Of a stretch of 32,000 nucleotides of DNA, positions 1 through 7,163 are shown in pieces. The stretch comes from Pirellula staleyi DSM 6068 (lineage in GTDB: Bacteria > Planctomycetota > Planctomycetia > Pirellulales > Pirellulaceae): NCBI GenBank assembly GCA_000025185.1, contig CP001848.1:4920001-4952000 (forward strand), given 5' to 3'. Below the pieces are notes generated by a model. It was given only the letters and a program-made list of their open reading frames with translations, was not told the origin of the DNA and did no database searches. The position numbers and the translations under genes are program-made. The first letter of the stretch is position 1, and the number at the start of each line of letters is the position of its first letter.

Positions 1-762
1 GCTTCACGCGACAGGTCGGGAATTTCGACAGCTTGCTTACCAAGTTTCGGTAGTTGTGTAGGACAAGTTCACGGGGGGATGAGTTCGTTCGAACTACTAC
101 TTAAGGAGTGTCGCGGCACGAAGGAATGTTTCATGATTCTTCGGTGCCGGAAGGAACTTCTTGCGAAATTCATCGCACACAAGCGTCGAGAATTCTGGCT
201 TATGTACACACCAGGCGCAGTTCGAGCGCAAACGATCCACGAGTGGATTGGCTTAGGGCCGAGGAAGGACGGAAAGGAAACATTTCAGTTACGATGCGCA
301 GGCCTAGTCACCTAATGTCCCTAGGGCGTACGAGCTTGCCAAAAGCACGAAGCGGAAGGAACACGGGGAGAGAAGACACGGGCATCGATGCATTCGATCG
401 AAAACACCGTAACTCCTGCTGGCAAAATGCTGGCGAATGGGAGGGGAAAACGCAGCAAGCAGTCAGCGGAAAATTACAGCACCCAAGAGAAATACCAGAC
501 ACGCAGAATAGCGGGCCTTGTCCTGGAGTCGCGAGCCGAAGTGATGCTCGAAAAGAGCACTCTTTGGAAGGATCTTTGCTCGCGACTGTCGTATTATGTC
601 GCGCACGCCTACCCCAAGGGAAGAGGAAACCGCGAGAAATCCGAGATCACCGAATCGCTTCTGCACGCAGTTATTTGAGGAAAAAGGGGCGAAAACTGCG
701 TGGGGAGATTAACTTCCCCTACTACTAGCGTCACGGGATTTGATGCCGCTACTAGACGACAA

Positions 763-1371
763 TTATCGGCCACACTGACGCGAAACAAGCAGATCAAAAA
801 TCTCGTCCACTTGCTGCAGAGTCGCGGCAGTAGTGCCACTGTTATCAATTACTGCCGATGCGTGCGTCCGTTTTTTCTCGAGGGGCCACTGCGCTTGTTC
901 GCGGGCTGCGAACATGGCGTCGCTCCAGCCTCGGCTGCGAGCCCGCGCAAGTCGAGCCTCGTGCGGCGCATCGACAAACAGCACCACATCGCACAGGTCG
1001 CGCCAGCCCGCTTCCAGCAGCAGAGCAGCGTCGAGCACCACCAGTTTTTCGTCGGCAGCTCGATGTGCCTCGAGTTCGGCGAGCAGCTTCTGCTTAATGC
1101 GTGGGTGTGTTAGCTGATCGAGGAACTTGCGATCCTCTTTCTTGTCGTCGCCAAACACATGCCGCGCCACACTTGGCCGGTCGACCTGTCCCTGCGAATC
1201 GAGCACCTCGCTACCCCAGCGAGCGCGAATCGCTTCGATCACCTCAGGATCGCGCAGCACGGCGTGTCCTGTTTCATCGCCACTTAAGATTTTGCCACCC
1301 AACTCGGCCAGTCGCTTGGCCACGAGACTCTTGCCACTGGCAACACCTCCCACGAGTCCAACGACTTTCAT
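763..1371 (-). CDS. coaE: dephospho-CoA kinase
   Basis: 202-aa ORF with N-terminal P-loop VGLVGGVASGKS and an overall CoaE-like layout. It lies 63 nt downstream of polA on the same strand, a common polA-coaE arrangement. Confidence 0.9.
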   Translation of the reverse strand: MKVVGLVGGVASGKSLVAKRLAELGGKILSGDETGHAVLRDPEVIEAIRARWGSEVLDSQGQVDRPSVARHVFGDDKKEDRKFLDQLTHPRIKQKLLAELEAHRAADEKLVVLDAALLLEAGWRDLCDVVLFVDAPHEARLARARSRGWSDAMFAAREQAQWPLEKKRTHASAVIDNSGTTAATLQQVDEIFDLLVSRQCGR

Positions 1372-1434
1372 GATGCGTCCCTCCTCGAGGAGAAATAGCT
1401 GTGGCCGATGCTCGCTTCGTCGCGAGAGAAAAAA

Positions 1435-4400
1435 TCACTTCCCCAGTGGTTCGCAGTCGGCCCAGTTGAGCCCCGTTTTTACATCGATTTTCAGTGGCAC
1501 CGAAATCTTCTCGGCGGTCGACATCGACTCCACTACCAAGTCGCGAAGCTGGCCCTGTTCTTCCGGTGGAAATTCAAACAGCAGTTCGTCGTGAATCTGC
1601 AGCAGCATGCGTGCCTGCAATTTTTCTTCCTTCAGTCGACGGTGCACCGTGATCATGGCCCGCTTGATGATGTCGGCCGCAGAGCCTTGAATCACCGTGT
1701 TGATAGCGATCCGTTCGGGGAGTGTGCGCTGCCGTTTGTCGTTCACGGCATGAGGGTCGCGAACGCCCGTGACGGGACGTCTGCGGCCCGCAATCGTGGT
1801 GACATAGCCTTGCTTGCGACAGCCGATCAGAGTCTCGCGCATGAAGTCGTCGACACCGGGATACTGCGCAAAGTAGGCCGAGATAAAGGCAGCTGCTTCG
1901 TCGTTCTCGATCCCTAGCGATCGGGCGAGTCCGAAAGGACTTTGGCCATAGATCACACCGAAGTTAATCGCCTTGGCAGATCGCCGCATTTCGGGAGTGA
2001 CATCGCCTGGCGCGACTTCATACACCTGGCTGGCCACTTGGGTGTGAATGTCGCGATCGCTGGCAAACGCTTCCGCCAGCGCGGCATCACCACTGAAGTG
2101 CGCGAGCACTCGTAGTTCGATTTGCGAATAGTCGGCTGCCATCAGTTTCCAGCCCTCGATGCCTGGCTGAAATGCCGAGCGAATCGCGCGTCCTTCAGCA
2201 GTCCGGACAGGAATGTTCTGCAAGTTGGGATCTTGCGAACTCAGTCGTCCCGTAGCGGCCACGTCTTGTTTCAGCGACGTGTGGACACGACCAGTCACCG
2301 GATGAATCAACTCTTGTAGCGAATCGACATAGGTGCTGCGAAGTTTTGCTAAATGGCGATATTCGAGCACTTTTTTGGGCAATTCGTGCAGTCGCGCCAA
2401 GTCTTCGAGAACCTCGGCATCCATGCTGGGGCCGGTCTTCGTTTTCTTCAGAATCGGCAGCTTCAGGTCTTCAAACAGCAGCTTTGCGAGTTGCAATCGA
2501 GAGTCGATGTTGAACTCCCCGTGGTTGATTGCATAGATCTCGTTTTCAAGCGCGGTAATCTTCGTCGAGAAATCGGTGCTCAATTCGACGAGACGAGCGC
2601 GGTCGACCTTGATCCCTCGATGCTCGAGTTCCGCCAGGACTTCGACTAGTGGCATCTCGAGATCGCGAAATAGTGGCACGAGACCATCTTGCTCGAGTCG
2701 CGGCTCGAGGATGGGGAGCAGCCGGTAGGGAACGAGCGCATCTTCAGCGGCGTAGTCGGTGATGGCGGCGAGTGGAACTTGATCCATCCGGATCTGTTTT
2801 TTTCCGGTACCGATCAGCGACTCGATCTCGATATTTTGGTGCCCCAGATGACGCCGCGCAAGTTCGTCGAGATTATGACTTCGTTCGCCGGGATCGATCA
2901 AATAATCGGCCACCATGGTGTCGAACGCAGCGCCACGCAACTCAATACCGGCGGAACGGAGCACCACCATGTCGTACTTGATGTTCTGCCCCACTTTGGC
3001 AATCGCAGGATCTTCCAGCACGGGCCGAAAGAGATCCGCGACCGCTGTCGCATCGAGACAGAGCGCCTGCTCATTTTCCGGCGCGCGAATTGGTAAGTAC
3101 CACGCTTCACCATCGCGATAGCAAAACGAATAACCGACAATCTCGGCCCAGCGCGGCTGAACGCTCGTAGTTTCGGTATCGATCACCAAACTGCCTGCAG
3201 CTTTAATCTCGTCGATGATGGTGCGGAGTTGATCGAGCGACTCCACGCGCCGATAGGTGGCTTCCCAAGGAGCAGCGGCAACTTGCGGCCCCAAACTGCC
3301 AGAGGGACTTGTTTGGCTATCGGCTGCTTCAGTGCCGGCATAAAGCTCGTCGGGAGGAGTATCGCGATCGCGCTGGGGTGCAGGAATGCTGCTGGAATAG
3401 CCTGTCGATCGCGATGATTTGGCGGGGGCGCCGCGCTTTGCTAGTTTTTCAATCCGCGTGAGCAGCTGCCGGAAACCGCACGCGCGACACAGTTCCATCA
3501 GCATCTCGATCTGATACCGGCCGACGCGCACACTGCTCCAGTCGAGGTCGAACTCCATATCGTTTTTCAGACGAACCAGGTCGCGACTCAGAAATGCCTG
3601 ATCTCGAAAGTTCTTCAGGTTCTCTTTTCGCTTGGCACCACTCACCTGGTCGGCGTTATCGAGCACCCCTTCGAGCGTTTCGTACTTCGCGAGCAATTCC
3701 TGAGCGATCTTCGGACCGATCAGTGGAACGCCGGGGACATTGTCGACCGAGTCACCGACGAGCGACTGAAAATCGACCACCTGATCGGGCCGAATCCCCC
3801 ACGTCGCCATCAAGGCCACGTCGTCGAAAATCTCGTTCTTGCGAAGATTGAGCATCTGCACCCGGTCGTTGATCAGCTGACGGCAATCTTTGTCGCTCGT
3901 GACCACCAGACAGCGGCCACCGTCGCTCGCCACACGTTTGGCCAGGGTCGCCAGGATATCGTCGGCCTCGAAGCCCGGGATCGACAACTGCGTGATCCCC
4001 AGCGCATCGAGGAACTGCTGAATGATCGGAATTTGCGATTGCAGATCCCCCGGCATTTCGTCGCGATGGACTTTGTAGTTTTCGTACATCGTGTGACGAA
4101 AGGTCGGCGAGGGATGATCGAAGGCGGCGACGATGTACTCGGCGCTGCGGTTCTCGATCAAATCGAGCATGTCGCGCACAAAACCTTGCACCGCACCGAC
4201 CGGCTGACCGCTGGGACTGGTCATCTCCGGCATCGCGTGAAACACCTGATAGATCAACGAATGGGCATCGATGACATAGACCGTGCTGTCCCCCAGCGGC
4301 GTTTCAGGCTCTGGAGCTTCGGCTGCATCGACCATTGCGGGCAGAGCTGGCTCGCTCGCAGCTGGCAGGAGTGGCTCAGCGGTGGGCAGAATAGCCTCGG

Positions 4401-4539
4401 CTGATTCCGTCAGTGCAGGCTCGGCTGGCACTAAATCAACCGGCGCTGAATCAACCGGCGCTGGCTCGACTGGTGGCTGCGAGGGCTCATCCGCGTCGTC
4501 GAACATCGAGAGCATCCGCTGCTTGGGCAAATCGGCCAT
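1435..4539 (-). CDS. polA: DNA polymerase I (5'-nuclease, 3'-5' exonuclease and family-A polymerase domains)
   Basis: 1034-aa ORF. It has a 5'-nuclease region (VYVIDAHSLIYQVFHAM), ExoI motif LVIDTETTS, and polymerase motifs A (DYSQIELRVLAH), B (RRSAKAINFGVIYG) and C (QIHDELLFE). The start is ambiguous: ATG 4539 gives an ~85-aa Pro/Ala/Glu-rich extension, while internal ATG 4335 (M69) would give a conventional N-terminus. Confidence 0.95.
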   Translation of the reverse strand: MADLPKQRMLSMFDDADEPSQPPVEPAPVDSAPVDLVPAEPALTESAEAILPTAEPLLPAASEPALPAMVDAAEAPEPETPLGDSTVYVIDAHSLIYQVFHAMPEMTSPSGQPVGAVQGFVRDMLDLIENRSAEYIVAAFDHPSPTFRHTMYENYKVHRDEMPGDLQSQIPIIQQFLDALGITQLSIPGFEADDILATLAKRVASDGGRCLVVTSDKDCRQLINDRVQMLNLRKNEIFDDVALMATWGIRPDQVVDFQSLVGDSVDNVPGVPLIGPKIAQELLAKYETLEGVLDNADQVSGAKRKENLKNFRDQAFLSRDLVRLKNDMEFDLDWSSVRVGRYQIEMLMELCRACGFRQLLTRIEKLAKRGAPAKSSRSTGYSSSIPAPQRDRDTPPDELYAGTEAADSQTSPSGSLGPQVAAAPWEATYRRVESLDQLRTIIDEIKAAGSLVIDTETTSVQPRWAEIVGYSFCYRDGEAWYLPIRAPENEQALCLDATAVADLFRPVLEDPAIAKVGQNIKYDMVVLRSAGIELRGAAFDTMVADYLIDPGERSHNLDELARRHLGHQNIEIESLIGTGKKQIRMDQVPLAAITDYAAEDALVPYRLLPILEPRLEQDGLVPLFRDLEMPLVEVLAELEHRGIKVDRARLVELSTDFSTKITALENEIYAINHGEFNIDSRLQLAKLLFEDLKLPILKKTKTGPSMDAEVLEDLARLHELPKKVLEYRHLAKLRSTYVDSLQELIHPVTGRVHTSLKQDVAATGRLSSQDPNLQNIPVRTAEGRAIRSAFQPGIEGWKLMAADYSQIELRVLAHFSGDAALAEAFASDRDIHTQVASQVYEVAPGDVTPEMRRSAKAINFGVIYGQSPFGLARSLGIENDEAAAFISAYFAQYPGVDDFMRETLIGCRKQGYVTTIAGRRRPVTGVRDPHAVNDKRQRTLPERIAINTVIQGSAADIIKRAMITVHRRLKEEKLQARMLLQIHDELLFEFPPEEQGQLRDLVVESMSTAEKISVPLKIDVKTGLNWADCEPLGK
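4434..4463. repeat. perfect 15-bp tandem duplication (2 copies) inside the 5' extension of polA
   Basis: The + strand unit aatcaaccggcgctg occurs at 4434-4448 and again at 4449-4463. The unit is 5 codons, in frame on the minus strand, and encodes the duplicated pentapeptide (P/S)APVD in EPAPVDSAPVDL. Confidence 0.9.
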
Positions 4540-4733
4540 GATCCTAGTAATACCTGCCTGAAAGTGGGAGAAGCGGCCTGCGCCGAGCGGCGACCTCGGC
4601 CGGTTTTCGAGAGCTTACCAGACTTCGTGTTCAGCTTTCGAAGCATCCGCCGCATCGGCGTTCGCTGGCCAGAGTCCGTAGCGGCTAGTGTAATCGTCAG
4701 AACCACTACTTGTGGAAAGGTTTGCAGAAATAA

Positions 4734-4762
4734 TTGACTGCAGGTTACTGGCTATTTAGACT
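4734..4762 (+). promoter_or_regulatory. candidate sigma70-type promoter facing the 5014 gene
   Basis: TTGACT (4734-4739), 17-nt spacer, TAGACT (4757-4762), in the most AT-rich part of the 455-nt divergent polA/5014 intergenic region. This is a sequence-only prediction and would imply a ~245-nt leader. Confidence 0.25.
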
Positions 4763-5013
4763 CGAGGGAGAGGAATTCGAAGCATACTTTTCGCTTACTC
4801 ATCTCACTTGCGCCCGGCTCGCTCCCCGCGATCAGTTTTCTGATCACTCGGCAACATTGTTCACTGAGGTCGGGCCGCTAGTCCTTTGAGATACGAATCA
4901 GTTTCCGACGAGACGTGAAATACAGAGAAGTGTAGATGCTTGCAGGGTCACCTGCTGGCAAGCGTTTACAACCAGCGCGTTAGTCCCAGGCACACTTGCC
5001 GAGGAGTTTGAAG

Positions 5014-6549
5014 ATGGCAGCTCGAGAAGGTCAGGGTTTGCAGATCGCAGTCATCATGTTTGCGATGCTGACGATCATCCTGGCGATTACGACTTACGTG
5101 TTCTACGCCCAGGCAGAAACCGCGCAAGCTGAAGCGGATAAGTTCCGCACCGAGAACGCCAACCTCACGCAAGGTAGCAATCGCTTCTTGTATCAATCGC
5201 TCGCCATGCAGTATGTGCTGGGCGAAGGTGGCGTGACGAAAGACCAAGTCGACAACGCTCGCACCTCAGCCGGTGGAGCCGACGAAGTCGCTGATCGCGT
5301 GCTGAAGAACTTCAACGACGACATGATGCTCTACGGCGATCAAGCCGCTGCTGAAGGTCCTCGCAACTATCGCACGCTGCCAGCCTATCTGCTCACTTCG
5401 ATCAACAACAAGAACAACACGATTGTGACTGAGAAGTCGCTCTCGACTGACTATCAGCGCGAGAAAGAAGCGACCAAGGCAGCCGAAGCTCAGCGTGTTG
5501 CCACCGCCGAAGCTGCTCAAAAATCGGCTCAAGATGATCTGTCGAAAGAACGTGAAGCGTTCAATGCCGAACGTGGTCGCGTTTCGACCGAAAAGGACAA
5601 AATTGCTAGCCAATTGGCCGAAAAAGATGCGATTCATAAGAAAGAAGTCGCTGACCTGAACAACAAACTGCAGCAGGTTGTGACGCTCGAAGCGACGACT
5701 CGCGCCACGATGACCGCCGTGAAGAACAAGCTCGACGAACAGAAAGTCGACGAAAACGATCTGTTTGAAAACCCCGACGGCAAGATCACCGGTGTGAATC
5801 AGCGTCAGGGGCTGGTTTGGATCAACCTCGGAAGTGCTTCAGGCTTGCAGCGTCAAACTTCGTTCAGTGTCTATCCTCACGACATCAACGGCGTTTCTTC
5901 GGCCAAACCGAAGGCCCGCATCGAAGTGGTTCGCATCATCGATTCGAACATGGCTGAATGCCGCATCCTCGAAGACAAGTCGAGCGATCCGATTCTTCCC
6001 GACGACATCATCTACACCCCTGTCTGGTCGCCAGGACAAAAGATTCACTTCGTGCTCGCTGGCTTCATGGATATCGATGGCGACGGCGTGAGCGATCGCG
6101 AAATGATCCGCAACATCATTCAGATCAACGGCGGCATCATCGACGCGGAACTGAAGGACAATGGCGAACGTGTCGGCACGGTGACAGCCAACACCCGCTA
6201 CCTCGTGCTTGGTGAAAAGCCGACCGAAAAGACAGGTGCTCAGATCTTGAAGGAATACAACTTCCTGCTCAACGAATCGACGCAGCGTTACGGCACCGAT
6301 GTGATCAGCTTGCAGAAGCTGCTCGATCGCTTGGGATGGAAGTCGGAAGAACGCACGGTGGAACTCGGCAGCGCGAAGACCAGCACCGATTTCACCCCAC
6401 GTAAGCCAGGTGAAAAAGCTCCGGGCGCTGCTCCTGCAGCACCAGCCGCTCCTGCTGCTCCACCTGCGGGTGGCGAAGTCGATCCGTTTGGTGCCCCGGC
6501 AGCTCCTGCCCCCGCTCCAATGCCAGCCGAAGTCGATCCCTTCGGTTAA
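5014..6549 (+). CDS. membrane-anchored coiled-coil protein with BRCT-like module and Pro/Ala-rich tail (function unknown)
   Basis: ATG 5014 has GAGGAG 7 nt upstream; the track ORF starts at TTG 4996. Domain order: an N-terminal TM helix (LQIAVIMFAMLTIILAITTYVFY); ~200 aa of charged coiled coil (KEATKAAEAQRVATAEAAQKSAQDDLSKEREAFNAERGR...); a small beta-rich module (GLVWINLGSASGLQRQTSFSVYP...ARIEVVRIID); a BRCT-like pattern (KIHFVLAGF...INGGII...RYLVLGEKP); and a Pro/Ala tail ending in two EVDPFG motifs. Confidence 0.75.
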   Translation: MAAREGQGLQIAVIMFAMLTIILAITTYVFYAQAETAQAEADKFRTENANLTQGSNRFLYQSLAMQYVLGEGGVTKDQVDNARTSAGGADEVADRVLKNFNDDMMLYGDQAAAEGPRNYRTLPAYLLTSINNKNNTIVTEKSLSTDYQREKEATKAAEAQRVATAEAAQKSAQDDLSKEREAFNAERGRVSTEKDKIASQLAEKDAIHKKEVADLNNKLQQVVTLEATTRATMTAVKNKLDEQKVDENDLFENPDGKITGVNQRQGLVWINLGSASGLQRQTSFSVYPHDINGVSSAKPKARIEVVRIIDSNMAECRILEDKSSDPILPDDIIYTPVWSPGQKIHFVLAGFMDIDGDGVSDREMIRNIIQINGGIIDAELKDNGERVGTVTANTRYLVLGEKPTEKTGAQILKEYNFLLNESTQRYGTDVISLQKLLDRLGWKSEERTVELGSAKTSTDFTPRKPGEKAPGAAPAAPAAPAAPPAGGEVDPFGAPAAPAPAPMPAEVDPFG

Positions 6550-6591
6550 TCGCTCAGCCGATTGGCAACAGCAACTCGCTAAAAGCAGATA

Positions 6592-6631
6592 GGCGGGTCA
6601 TCTCGATGCGTTCGAGGTGGCCCGCCTTTTT
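6592..6631 (+). terminator. rho-independent terminator of the 5014-6549 gene
   Basis: GGCGGG(6592-6597) tcat CTCGA tgcgt TCGAG gtgg CCCGCC(6621-6626) forms a ~15-bp nearly continuous stem. The internal tcat/gtgg segment pairs as two Watson-Crick and two G-U pairs. TTTTT (6627-6631) follows directly. The hairpin starts 43 nt after the stop codon. Confidence 0.6.
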
Positions 6632-6707
6632 CGTACGTCGGTTTGATGTGGCAGCAGCTCGATCGGTGGCTCTGCACGGCAATCGCGCCGCCAGATACTT
6701 GCCCCGG

Positions 6708-7163
6708 CTACTTCTTCTCTTTCGACCCAAACAGCTTGACTCGCAGGCTTGCCAGTTCTTGCTGGCGGCTGCGAAACCGGTCGCTCGTTTGAGCCGCTTC
6801 GAGCCACTTGGGATCGACGAACAGTCGCAGTGGATTCTCGAGCTTGGCGTCGGCTGCCACTTGCTTCATCAGTCGAATCGAGCGTCCCGACAAGCGGTGG
6901 GCACGGGTGAGTTCTTTCAGCAGCAGCTTGGGAGAATGCTTATGTCGATTCTCGCGCAGGCGTGTGAATCGTGAGAGGAGCCAGAGCGCGACAATCACCA
7001 CCGTAGCAACGGCCAGCACAGTCACTAGTCCTTGCGACGCGCGGGTTCCATCGTCGGGTCTGATGCGCGAGCCCAGATGCTCGAACACTGTGATATCGGC
7101 CAGCAGGCATTCAAGCATCGGCAGGCCACTCGAGCCAATGCCACTCATTTCACTAGGAGTCAT
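6708..7163 (-). CDS. hypothetical single-pass membrane protein
   Basis: 151-aa ORF. Its ATG overlaps the TGA of the upstream HEAT-repeat gene (ATGA at 7160-7163), implying translational coupling. It has one TM helix (GLVTVLAVATVVIVALWLLS) followed by a basic helical C-terminal region. I recognise no family. Confidence 0.6.
   Translation of the reverse strand: MTPSEMSGIGSSGLPMLECLLADITVFEHLGSRIRPDDGTRASQGLVTVLAVATVVIVALWLLSRFTRLRENRHKHSPKLLLKELTRAHRLSGRSIRLMKQVAADAKLENPLRLFVDPKWLEAAQTSDRFRSRQQELASLRVKLFGSKEKK

Noticed and set aside
147-156. ccggaaggaa resembles the SRP (4.5S) RNA helix-8 GGAA tetraloop region.
   Set aside because: The flanking sequence does not reproduce the conserved symmetric or asymmetric loops (AGG / AGCA) or the long closing helix.
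261-272. gaggaaggacgg resembles the RNase P RNA CR-I (GAGGAAAGUCCGG).
   Set aside because: The other universally conserved RNase P blocks (AGGGUGAAA..GGUAAGAGCGCACC, ACAGAACCCGGCUUA) are absent from the surrounding 700 nt on either strand.
1-315. Reading frame 1 is open from the window edge to TAA 313-315, which could be the 3' end of a + strand gene entering from the left.
   Set aside because: The peptide (…LLKECRGTKECFMILRCRKELLAKFIAHKRREFWLMYTPG…) matches nothing I recognise. Its GC3 is low (~35% over the first 24 codons) compared with native genes. I cannot support it without upstream sequence.
108-728. 206-aa + strand ORF, and the nested 96-aa ORF at 388-678, in the left-edge region.
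   Set aside because: The 206-aa product is Arg/Ser/Gly-rich with many rare codons (aga, agg, ata, gga) and I recognise no motif. The 96-aa ORF looks slightly more protein-like but has no recognisable family, RBS or conservation evidence available to me. I treat both as part of the non-coding-like block (see finding).
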